A stretch of 64,000 bases of DNA from a virus, in the IMG/VR virus record IMGVR_UViG_3300027969_003844, positions 41,200 through 105,199 of that record; one strand, given 5' to 3'. The position numbers and the translations under genes were made by a program. Under the pieces are notes generated by a model, which saw only the letters and a program-made list of their open reading frames with translations, was not told the origin of the DNA and did no database searches. Positions 8,100 through 16,869 of this stretch are shown one piece after another. Each line of letters starts with the position of its first letter. Within the stretch, counting starts at the first letter, position 1.

Positions 8100-8378
8100 T
8101 CAATAAAGCCGTTTTCTTCCACCTTCTTTTGGAGGTCTACGTCCTTCTAATTCATCACGTTCGACCTGCTTGAGCCATCTGCGTCTTGCTGAGTTTGCTT
8201 TTTTTGTGCGCTCAATGTTGGGTTTAACATATTCCATTCTTTCGCGTACTTCTTCTAGTAGACCGCTGTCTTGTATCTTGTTTTTAAATTTACGTAATGC
8301 TTTTTCTACATTGCCGTCTCTGACTTCTACCTTTGACCCTTTTATTAAAGGTTGACTGTCCCTTTGATCTCTACTCAT
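8100..8378 (-). CDS. rpsU: 30S ribosomal protein bS21
   Basis: VEVRDGNVEKALRKFK...GLLEEVRERMEYVKP...ARRRW. Confidence 0.88.
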   Translation of the reverse strand: MSRDQRDSQPLIKGSKVEVRDGNVEKALRKFKNKIQDSGLLEEVRERMEYVKPNIERTKKANSARRRWLKQVERDELEGRRPPKEGGRKRLY

Positions 8379-8385
8379 GATAATA

Positions 8386-9615
8386 TTATGCTGATGATTC
8401 TATATTTTTAAATATTTTAACTGGCAGGTGGTCTTCCACTGCCTTTTCGTTAATTATAACTTTACTTAATCCTTCTCGGGACAATTCTGGTAGATTAAAT
8501 TGTGTATCCAATAGAATTTGTTCAATAATATTACGCAATCCACGTGCTCCAGTTTTTTTAGTTATACTTAGATTTGCAATTGCCAGTCTGGCGTCGGGTG
8601 TAAATTCTAAATCAACCCCGTCCATTTTAAAAACTTCTTTGTATTCGTTTTCAATGCTGTCATCAGGATCTCTCATAACACGCACCAGGTCTTTGCTACT
8701 CAATGATTCTAATGCAGTAATAACAGGAATCCGTCCCATAAACTCTGGTATCATTCCAAACTTGACAAAGTCTTCGGGTTCTACTTCGTTTAACCAATAA
8801 TCAACATTTACTTTAGAGGCAGTAACATCCGCGGCAAACCCAATCTTGGTGCCACCTTTGATTCTCTTTTTTACTTCTTCATCCAGACCAACAAATGCAC
8901 CACCTAAAATGAATAGTATGTTCTTTGTGTTAATGACATTTGAATCTTGGCCTGGATGCTTACGGCCGCCGCCGACTGGAACCCTGCATTCAGTTCCTTC
9001 AATTAATTTTAGTAATGCTTGCTGAACACCTTCACCAGACACATCTCTGGTAATACTTGCACTTTCACTTTTGCGACCTTTTTTGTCAATTTCATCAATA
9101 TAAACAATACCTGTCTCGGCACGTTTAATGTCGCCGCCGGCGTTTTGTAATAGTCGATGAATAACACTTTCAACGTCTTCGCCTACATATCCGCTTTCGG
9201 TCAATGTAGTTGCATCAGCTACTGCAAATGGTACGTTGAGTTTTTCAGATAATTTTTGTGCCAATAATGTTTTACCGCTACCAGTTGGACCAATCAGTAA
9301 AACATTACTTTTCTTAATAAGATTAGTTGAAGCACTATTATGTAATCTTTTATAATGATTACGTACTGCAACACTTAACGCTCTTTTTGCAACATCTTGG
9401 CCAATCACAAATCGGTCAAGGTAAGATTTAATTTCGCTTGGAGTGGTTGTATTATCAAATGATGATTTTTGTTCTTTACTGTCAGACAATGCTTCTAAAC
9501 ATAAATTTATACATTCATTGCAAATATAAGCCTTGTCACCTGCAATTAGAGCCTGAACACTATCTCTATGTTTGTTACAAAAACTGCAATTTAAGTTAGA
9601 GGATTTATCAGCCAA
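8386..9615 (-). CDS. clpX: ATP-dependent Clp protease ATPase ClpX
   Basis: C4 zinc finger CSFC...[42 protein letters not shown]; TTG start at 9615 with GGAGG RBS. Confidence 0.96.
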   Translation of the reverse strand: MADKSSNLNCSFCNKHRDSVQALIAGDKAYICNECINLCLEALSDSKEQKSSFDNTTTPSEIKSYLDRFVIGQDVAKRALSVAVRNHYKRLHNSASTNLIKKSNVLLIGPTGSGKTLLAQKLSEKLNVPFAVADATTLTESGYVGEDVESVIHRLLQNAGGDIKRAETGIVYIDEIDKKGRKSESASITRDVSGEGVQQALLKLIEGTECRVPVGGGRKHPGQDSNVINTKNILFILGGAFVGLDEEVKKRIKGGTKIGFAADVTASKVNVDYWLNEVEPEDFVKFGMIPEFMGRIPVITALESLSSKDLVRVMRDPDDSIENEYKEVFKMDGVDLEFTPDARLAIANLSITKKTGARGLRNIIEQILLDTQFNLPELSREGLSKVIINEKAVEDHLPVKIFKNIESSA

Positions 9616-10027
9616 ACAGAGCCTCCAGTAGTGTTGGTAAATCATCAACGTCTGAGAAGTGCAAAATTTCAGATGCTTTTAACAATGCAATAAACTCATC
9701 ATTGCCTGGCTTTACATAAAATATAATTGGATGCTCTAATTTTGCAATGGCTAATGCTACTCGTACTTCATGCTCTGTGCAACTTGCTACATCACACAGC
9801 ACCATGTTGCAATTATCAACAATATGCCAGTACCATACCCATGCTTTTGGATCTTTGACTCCTGAATCATTGGCATAGAATGTAATTTGATCTTGTATGC
9901 CACTTTCAATGATTTCAACAATCTTATCTTGCCAAGACTTATCATTGCTTATTAAGCAAATTGCAACACCACCAGTGGGCATATATAGTGTGGGTGGACT
10001 TACCACATAGACATTAGAATCGCTCAA
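9608..10027 (-). CDS. Hypothetical alpha/beta protein
   Basis: 139 aa ORF coupled to clpX. Confidence 0.7.
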   Translation of the reverse strand: MSDSNVYVVSPPTLYMPTGGVAICLISNDKSWQDKIVEIIESGIQDQITFYANDSGVKDPKAWVWYWHIVDNCNMVLCDVASCTEHEVRVALAIAKLEHPIIFYVKPGNDEFIALLKASEILHFSDVDDLPTLLEALFG

Positions 10028-10043
10028 AGTAAACCTTTAATTT

Positions 10044-11354
10044 TTAGTTGTCATTCTTAGGAAATACAGCTTGAAACCAACCTCGATTACGATGTTGTTT
10101 TGCAAGTTCTTCAGCACTTGCTTTATATATTTTATCAATATTGCTAGGTGCTTGTTGCTCAGATTGATCTGGCGCAGTCCATGCTTCTCCGGGTGTTCCA
10201 GGAGGGGCAAATTCTACAGGTGTAGATGCAACAAGTGGCACATTATCTGCAGGATTGCTGTTGGTGACTACCAGTGGGATTGGTGTTGTAGTAGCTGTTT
10301 CAACAGTTGATTTTTGCTCAACTATTTCTTCCTGGCGTACCTCTGCTTTGGCAACTTTTATAGCATCTGCTAACTCATCAATGTCTTCGTCGTTGGCAGG
10401 ATATACTGGAACAACGGTGACCACATCAGGTATGCTTTCGCTATGTATTTCTTCTGGCAATGTATCAGGGGAGTCTACTAACTTATCTGCCGCGGCTTCT
10501 TCATCTAATTTACGTGCAACTTCTTTACCACGTTTAAAAAACTCTTCAATGTCGTCAGTGGTTGATTCTTCTTCTTCCTCTCTGAACCATTGAAAGCTGT
10601 ACTGACTGGCAAGTAATAGTACAACTGCCAGCGGATCAAATACAATAACAATAATAACAATGACCCATGTTACTGCTTTATCTAAAATATTAGCATTTGG
10701 ATTATCACCATAGATAAAGTTAGCAATATATTTGATGGGTCCTACTTCGGCTTCTACTTTACGTACTTCTGCGGCAATAGGGGCACGTTCTTCATTTAGT
10801 TTGCTAATTGCTTTCTGGTCGGCCACTATTTCAGACTGTAGTCTTGCTCGTTCTTTTGCCTGTGCCTTGCGAATAGCAACTGCTTTGTCAGCCCCTGTTT
10901 CCGACGTACTACGACCCATAACTTGGTCAACTGCTTCATCCATTTGTTTAAGAGCCTTGCGATTGGCATCTATATTTTCTTTTGCTGTTTTAATCTTTTC
11001 ATCATACACACTAATCTTTGCCTGTACATCGCCTGACACCAGGCTTTGATCACTGTGTGCTTTACTTAGGAATCCAAAGATACCCATACTTGTAATCAAC
11101 ATTAAAACTGCAATTGCAATCAGCAGATATGATTTAATTAAAAATGGTGCTCTTTTCCAATTTGTTTTAATCCAAACAGTGGCAACCAACTTGCTAATAC
11201 CAAGTGCAACACCCATAATAATAATAGGAATAACTGCCGCGGCAAAGATTGCCATCAACCCCATGATGGAGTAGTATTCAGCAACTGCTGAAATGCATAA
11301 CCCACTTAACAATGTTAGATAGGCAATGATCCTATCAGTCGCTGATGCTTTCAT
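10044..11354 (-). CDS. Membrane protein with coiled coil and low-complexity acidic tail
   Basis: Three N-terminal TM segments (ITSMGIFGFLSKAH), coiled coil, EVGPIKYIA, TM VFDPLAV, acidic/Pro-rich tail. Confidence 0.8.
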   Translation of the reverse strand: MKASATDRIIAYLTLLSGLCISAVAEYYSIMGLMAIFAAAVIPIIIMGVALGISKLVATVWIKTNWKRAPFLIKSYLLIAIAVLMLITSMGIFGFLSKAHSDQSLVSGDVQAKISVYDEKIKTAKENIDANRKALKQMDEAVDQVMGRSTSETGADKAVAIRKAQAKERARLQSEIVADQKAISKLNEERAPIAAEVRKVEAEVGPIKYIANFIYGDNPNANILDKAVTWVIVIIVIVFDPLAVVLLLASQYSFQWFREEEEESTTDDIEEFFKRGKEVARKLDEEAAADKLVDSPDTLPEEIHSESIPDVVTVVPVYPANDEDIDELADAIKVAKAEVRQEEIVEQKSTVETATTTPIPLVVTNSNPADNVPLVASTPVEFAPPGTPGEAWTAPDQSEQQAPSNIDKIYKASAEELAKQHRNRGWFQAVFPKNDN

Positions 11355-11695
11355 TCTTCATCCTCCTCCTCAGGGGCTTGGAAGTTAGTGGCCAAGCCTT
11401 GTTCAACTAATACTTCATTTATATTTAATGTTGGGTCGCCAGATTCGTTAGCAATATATGCCCAACCTAGAACTCTACCAAGTTTTGCTCTTTTAGTAAT
11501 GATAGGCTCAACAATAAGCCCGTCTTTACATAACTCTGTAAGTACAATACGTACTTCAGCATCTTTGCCAGAGCTTGCTACACCAAACAATCTAATTTTT
11601 TGTCTGCTGTAAACATTAAAACCAAGGTCTAGTTCTACGTCAAGTGTATCTGCACCGCGTACTTCTAACAACTTAGCTGGATATAATCTTCTCAT
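11351..11695 (-). CDS. Thermonuclease (SNase)-like protein, catalytic residues apparently degenerate
   Basis: DTLDVELDLGF, IRLFGV, GRVLG, NINEVLVEQGLA. Confidence 0.7.
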   Translation of the reverse strand: MRRLYPAKLLEVRGADTLDVELDLGFNVYSRQKIRLFGVASSGKDAEVRIVLTELCKDGLIVEPIITKRAKLGRVLGWAYIANESGDPTLNINEVLVEQGLATNFQAPEEEDEE

Positions 11696-12375
11696 TATTG
11701 TTCTCTCGGTTTGATTCTATAAAATACATGATTGCCAATTTGACTCACAGAATCTTTGACTCTTTTGAAACTTGACCTCCATGCAATATATGTAGCATGA
11801 AAGTGAGTGGCACCGTTAGTCGGATCCTCTAATGCATCTGGGTCGTCAACTACTAAAGAAGCAATACCCGCGGCTTGGTACCAAAGATATCCATGAGGAG
11901 GCACTTTTGTACGATCGCATACCCATGCAAATTGGCATCCTGCTGGATTTCTTTGCTTTACTACACCACATAGGGTACTGGCATACCCTTCATTGAAGCG
12001 ATTCATTGTTACCTTTGCAACTGCTAGTTGCCCGGTAATGCTTTCGCCTCTACTTTCATAATAGATGTTTTCTGCCACACATCTAATTTGATTATCTGCT
12101 ACAACCTTATTAAGGCCGCCAGCATCATCAATTTTGGATTGAATTAACCTGGCAATTTTTTTGTCCCAGGTTTCATGTTTATGTCCACGATAGCGATCTG
12201 CTACCCAGTCTGAATATGACGAATACGTTGGATCGCCACTTATGCCATATGCATAAGATTTTGTATTGATACCAAATACAGTTATCAATACCAATAAGGC
12301 TACAATAGCAACCTTTGTTAGCAAACGTGTTACCGGTTGCTTTGACATGCCCGAAGTAATGGGGGTCATGTGCAT
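11695..12375 (-). CDS. SleB/Hydrolase_2 cell wall hydrolase with N-terminal membrane anchor
   Basis: CVAENIYYESRGE, AVAKVTMNR, CQFAWVCD, DPTNGATHFHA, IGNHVFY. Confidence 0.9.
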   Translation of the reverse strand: MHMTPITSGMSKQPVTRLLTKVAIVALLVLITVFGINTKSYAYGISGDPTYSSYSDWVADRYRGHKHETWDKKIARLIQSKIDDAGGLNKVVADNQIRCVAENIYYESRGESITGQLAVAKVTMNRFNEGYASTLCGVVKQRNPAGCQFAWVCDRTKVPPHGYLWYQAAGIASLVVDDPDALEDPTNGATHFHATYIAWRSSFKRVKDSVSQIGNHVFYRIKPREQ

Positions 12376-12407
12376 GTTACACCTCCTTTCTCAAGGATTG
12401 CCTCCAG

Positions 12408-12926
12408 TCAGGCCTTTGATGCTAATATAGCATCTAAAACTTCACCTGGGCTCTGGTATCCATAATCAACCTGGGTGTAGGTTATATCATGCTTGGCCAA
12501 GAGCACCGCAATCCGCCGATCGATCTCCAAGCTAGCTTGAAGATTATGCACACGGCCGCGATCATCGAACCACGGGCCGCGCTCTAGAAGCCCAACATAG
12601 TTGTTGTAACGCTTCCAAAGTTCTACTACCACAGTCTCCCAATGTTGAGGATAATCCTCGGGAGCATAGATAGCACTTAATAACACAGGACTGTCGGTAA
12701 TAACTATATCTACCGTTCCTTCTAGCCTATGTATCCTTTGCATTTGTCTACCAAATACATAAGCCTGATTTGAAAGAGCACAATGTCTACCTTCCCATAC
12801 TAGATCTTTAGCAACTTCCGTTACTAATTCTGCATTCCACCCTCTGCGTTTTGCCTCATGGTAAAGGCCTGACGCTAGGGTGCTTTTTCCAGCACCTGGT
12901 CCAGCAATAACATTGATAACTTTCAT
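12408..12926 (-). CDS. P-loop NTPase/kinase (NadR/AAA_28-like)
   Basis: GPGAGKST, ELVTEVAKDLVWE, VITDSP. Confidence 0.8.
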   Translation of the reverse strand: MKVINVIAGPGAGKSTLASGLYHEAKRRGWNAELVTEVAKDLVWEGRHCALSNQAYVFGRQMQRIHRLEGTVDIVITDSPVLLSAIYAPEDYPQHWETVVVELWKRYNNYVGLLERGPWFDDRGRVHNLQASLEIDRRIAVLLAKHDITYTQVDYGYQSPGEVLDAILASKA

Positions 12927-12932
12927 AGTGTT

Positions 12933-12961
12933 ATTGTAGCATAATATTTATCTTAAGTCAA
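12933..12961 (-). promoter_or_regulatory. sigma70 promoter TTGACT-N17-TACAAT (leaderless start at 12926)
   Basis: -35 12956-12961, -10 12933-12938. Confidence 0.7.
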
Positions 12962-13002
12962 TAAATTTAAATGCCCAACTGCTATGTTAAAGTTAGTTTT
13001 AA

Positions 13003-13365
13003 TTAGCCAATATCCCAATACATCTTGTTATGCAATTGATAAAACAAGTCTTTTTTCAATTCTATCATATCATCAGGTGATATTCTATACTGGTGCCCAA
13101 TGCCATTATGATATACAGAAATCCTTACATACGCACATGGTATTCGTGGTTCTGGTGATTGCATTTTAAGTTGAACTAGCCAATAACTTCCGTTTATTTC
13201 TTTATCAAATCCTTTGCCAAGGATGCTATAGTTATCTAGCATCTCTTGTAATACCAGCGTAGGCAAGTTAAAGGTCTGAGCATACTGTTCGCTTACTTTA
13301 ATGGTAAGATCGCTAGTGCCTTTGTCTTTGAAAACGTAAAGCTTAAATGTTTTAGAAAATTCCAT
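13003..13365 (-). CDS. Hypothetical protein
   Basis: 120 aa ORF. Confidence 0.65.
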   Translation of the reverse strand: MEFSKTFKLYVFKDKGTSDLTIKVSEQYAQTFNLPTLVLQEMLDNYSILGKGFDKEINGSYWLVQLKMQSPEPRIPCAYVRISVYHNGIGHQYRISPDDMIELKKDLFYQLHNKMYWDIG

Positions 13366-13369
13366 AATA

Positions 13370-14503
13370 TTATTGCTTTACAAAGGTCAGGCCACCAAAA
13401 TCAGACATGATTGCTCCATTCCTTTCAATGATCCAATCAATCCAAGTTGAATATCCATCTCTGGGGTCAACAAAGGTAGGATTGGAATATACAACCGTGC
13501 TAGTTTTGTCAGTAACTGAAAACTTTTGTATCCACACTCCTTTGTATAAATCATTTGCATCTGCGGCAGTCCCGCCTGTTCTTAACACATATACAGAGTT
13601 TGTATTTTTAGAATACACAAAGTCTAAAATAATCCTGGCACCGTCAACTGCTGGAATTATCATTGTTGGTGTTCCAGTGAATTTGTTACTGCCAGGGTTT
13701 ATTTCAATGGCAGTTGGTTCAGCATATCCCCATTCAATTGCACCATATACCAGATCAAATTTGCCGTCATTGTTTACATCAATGGCTTCAATTTGAAATA
13801 CAGTTTTCTGTGTTGATGGTAATGCATATTCAGTTGAGCGAACAAACTTTCCAGTTTTATCATTTAGATAAACAACCAGTCCATTGAAGGTAGTGACAAT
13901 TACATCAGGATATCCATCGCTGTTAAAATCATTTGCGCTACCACCATGATAAAATCCAGTGTCGGAGTTTGATGTTGTTAAGTAGTCTGTTTTATATCTG
14001 CCATTGGATTGACTTAATACAATACGATTACGCTCGCCAGGAAAGGGCGGAGCATCATATCCGTGACAAACAATTATAAAGTCTAAAACACCATCTTGAT
14101 TGTAATCTGCAGGCAATACTTTTCTTGGATGAATACACATTGGGACTGCTTCATCAATTAAAGAGTTAGAGGACCATGTTCCGTTTGCTTGTTTCCATAG
14201 TGTCAATGTTGCAGGTGGTGAATTGCTGGCAGTGTGTTGATTCACTACATAATTGAGACTTGTGGTTATTAGTCCTGCTGTACCATCTGTATATTTAAAA
14301 AATGTTCGAGCATTTATCTGGCGTTGCAGTTGAAGTGAATCTACATAAAATCCTGGATTCTTTGAATTCTCATAAGAACTCAAACTGTACGTGATATTTT
14401 GCACAGGTGGCTGTACAGGTGGCGTAACAATAGTTGATCCGCCTCCACCACATGCGGTTAATACTACTGCCAGAGATCCAATTAAAAAATTACAAAGTTT
14501 CAT
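13370..14503 (-). CDS. Lipoprotein with FG-GAP/VCBS repeats
   Basis: Lipobox LTAC-GGGGS; DYNQDGVLD, DFNSDGYPD, DVNNDGKFD Ca-binding repeats. Confidence 0.85.
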   Translation of the reverse strand: MKLCNFLIGSLAVVLTACGGGGSTIVTPPVQPPVQNITYSLSSYENSKNPGFYVDSLQLQRQINARTFFKYTDGTAGLITTSLNYVVNQHTASNSPPATLTLWKQANGTWSSNSLIDEAVPMCIHPRKVLPADYNQDGVLDFIIVCHGYDAPPFPGERNRIVLSQSNGRYKTDYLTTSNSDTGFYHGGSANDFNSDGYPDVIVTTFNGLVVYLNDKTGKFVRSTEYALPSTQKTVFQIEAIDVNNDGKFDLVYGAIEWGYAEPTAIEINPGSNKFTGTPTMIIPAVDGARIILDFVYSKNTNSVYVLRTGGTAADANDLYKGVWIQKFSVTDKTSTVVYSNPTFVDPRDGYSTWIDWIIERNGAIMSDFGGLTFVKQ

Positions 14504-14533
14504 AAAATTACCTATTAAGAAAAACTTGACCTA

Positions 14534-14562
14534 ATTGTAGCAATTTATATGAAACTTGTCAA
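14534..14562 (-). promoter_or_regulatory. sigma70 promoter TTGACA-N17-TACAAT
   Basis: -35 14557-14562, -10 14534-14539. Confidence 0.7.
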
Positions 14563-14565
14563 TCT

Positions 14566-15381
14566 TTATTTGCAAGCGGCTCGTTTTGCGTTGGTCAATG
14601 CACCAAAATCAACGATCCACTCTTTTCCAACTTGGACCTCTTTGGCGTTTTTAGGAAATTCAAACTGGACCTTTGCATTGGCCATGATTTCTTTGATTGG
14701 CTTACGGAACACGGTCAGATCATTTCCCAAGTTTGGATATGGTACTGTGTGTGGGAATGCCCAACCTGCTACTTCGCCGGTAGTTTTGTTGATCACAATC
14801 TTATAATACCCGTGCGGCACAATTACTCCATTTCCAATTTGTTTGTCATTGTTATCATAGTAGGCACCAACATAAATGATAAATGTTTGTTTATATTGTA
14901 CCGCCCAACCGCGAACACTGGTTTCTAGTAATTTCCAAATTCCTCGATTTAATGATCCTGCTTGAGGATACATATTGGTCATTAAAAAACTTTCGTATTC
15001 AACTTGAGTATCCCAGCTTTGGTCGCCATCAGGAGTAGCATGTCCCTTATCATAACCAGTGCCTACATAGTCATCAGGACGAGCACCGTTTTTGATACTT
15101 TGGTCAGCAACAAAAGCATCAGTCCGAGGAACACATCCAATGGCATTCTGTGGCAATAGCTCATAGGTCACATACTGTGGTATCTTGGCTTCTGCATCGT
15201 AACCTACCAGGTACCCCTGGCGACAAATTGGTACTAATGTTTTTGTTGAATCAGGAAACCCAAATGGTGAATGTGCTTTGCAGGCCTTGAGTGGTAAAGG
15301 AGGACGTTGTGTCCATGCAACAGCTGGTTGTGTAAGTAGTGCCATTAGCAGTACACCAAACACAATAATAAATTTTTTCAT
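14566..15381 (-). CDS. Secreted DNA/RNA non-specific endonuclease (NucA-like)
   Basis: Signal peptide; GYDKGH, ESFLMTNMYPQ, LNRGIWKLLE, VPHGYYKIV. Confidence 0.9.
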   Translation of the reverse strand: MKKFIIVFGVLLMALLTQPAVAWTQRPPLPLKACKAHSPFGFPDSTKTLVPICRQGYLVGYDAEAKIPQYVTYELLPQNAIGCVPRTDAFVADQSIKNGARPDDYVGTGYDKGHATPDGDQSWDTQVEYESFLMTNMYPQAGSLNRGIWKLLETSVRGWAVQYKQTFIIYVGAYYDNNDKQIGNGVIVPHGYYKIVINKTTGEVAGWAFPHTVPYPNLGNDLTVFRKPIKEIMANAKVQFEFPKNAKEVQVGKEWIVDFGALTNAKRAACK

Positions 15382-15407
15382 AAAGGTTCCTTAAAAACAG
15401 TAGTTAT

Positions 15408-16868
15408 CTAAAATATTGAAATCTGATGCAGGTCTTGAAATTTTCTAGCATTTGCCCAGGTGTTGACCAAGGGCTCGCCCTTGATATTTAAACTGGTATT
15501 CATTAATACTGGACACCCACTTGCATCATACCATCTCTCTAGCAATTGTCTGAATACAGGGTTATCAAGACCATTGACTGTCTGAACACGGCTACTGTTA
15601 TCAACATGGCACACTCCCGGTAATATATCTGGTACCTTGCATTGAGCAACAAACTGCATGTAAGGACTAGATACAATTGGCATATCAAAATAATCAGCGG
15701 CATGTTCTTCTAAGATAGCAGGCGCAAACGGTCTAAATTGTTCGCGCTTTTTAATAGTATTCATTCTTGGCTTGGCTTCTTTGCCTCTAGGATCACATAA
15801 TAAACTACGATTGCCTAGTGCCCGTGGCCCAAACTCTGCACGACCATTTGCCACTGCCACCACTTCGCCTGCTAGAAGCTTTTTAACAATACCATCAATG
15901 TCTAATTCTCTATCAATGTTTGTACCCAGATATGGATGTTCCCATTTTAAATGTTGACCAGTATAAGCAGCCACGGCGCCAATTGCACTGCCAGCATCTC
16001 CGGGATTTGGCATTATCCATACATTATTGAATACCTTAGATTTTGCAATCCTACTGTTGGCAACACAATTAAGTGCAACACCGCCCATGAATACTAAATT
16101 TTCACTTGTGGTGTTCATACGCATGTTAATAACAGTTTCCATCAGGTAGTCTTCAACAATGCTTTGTACACATGCGGCAATGGTGAACTTATCAGCAGTC
16201 ACAGGAGGCTTCCACCACAAACAGCCCCTGTGCAAATTGTGTCTTAACTTAAACTTGGGTGCTGAAAATTCAATGAAGAATTCTTTTAATATTTCAGATT
16301 TTAGCAATTGATCAACATGTCCGTATGCTGCCATGCCCATAAGAATATATTCTTCCTCATTGGGTTTGAGTCCCAGGTACTGAGTAAATGCAGAATAAAA
16401 TAGGCCAATGCTGTCAGGATAACGCTTGCGCCATTTAGATTTTATCTTGTGGCCATGTCCTTCCCAAATGCTAACACTATCCCATTCTCCAATTGCATCA
16501 ACAACTAAGATCGCGGCGTTATCAAAGCCACTGGTATAATATCCTGCGGCTGCATGACTTTTATGGTGTTTACCATAATGCAAAGGTATGTTGTTAAGGC
16601 CAACACGTTTTAATTCTTCTTTGGCACTTTCGTAATACGGACGCTGACCAGCATAAAGATTACGTGTACTTTTTAGTAATGGGCTTTCGAACCAGACAAT
16701 GTCAGTGGGAGTACCATAATCAAACATTTCCTGTACCATGTCATAATTTAAAACACGGTCATTTTTATTTCTGCTGTACCGCTCTGCATGTCCAGCCCAT
16801 ACTATACGATTTCCGTTGATAAGAGCTAAACTGGCATCGTGATTTAATCCTGTTGCTCCTAGAATCAT
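15408..16868 (-). CDS. Carbamoyltransferase (NodU/CmcH/TobZ family)
   Basis: NHDAS, ERYSRNKND, HHKSHAA, DAIGE, MGMAAYG, GGVALNC, GDAGSAIG, EFGPRALGNRSLL, FRPFAP, NTSLN. Confidence 0.95.
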   Translation of the reverse strand: MILGATGLNHDASLALINGNRIVWAGHAERYSRNKNDRVLNYDMVQEMFDYGTPTDIVWFESPLLKSTRNLYAGQRPYYESAKEELKRVGLNNIPLHYGKHHKSHAAAGYYTSGFDNAAILVVDAIGEWDSVSIWEGHGHKIKSKWRKRYPDSIGLFYSAFTQYLGLKPNEEEYILMGMAAYGHVDQLLKSEILKEFFIEFSAPKFKLRHNLHRGCLWWKPPVTADKFTIAACVQSIVEDYLMETVINMRMNTTSENLVFMGGVALNCVANSRIAKSKVFNNVWIMPNPGDAGSAIGAVAAYTGQHLKWEHPYLGTNIDRELDIDGIVKKLLAGEVVAVANGRAEFGPRALGNRSLLCDPRGKEAKPRMNTIKKREQFRPFAPAILEEHAADYFDMPIVSSPYMQFVAQCKVPDILPGVCHVDNSSRVQTVNGLDNPVFRQLLERWYDASGCPVLMNTSLNIKGEPLVNTWANARKFQDLHQISIF

Positions 16869-16869
16869 G

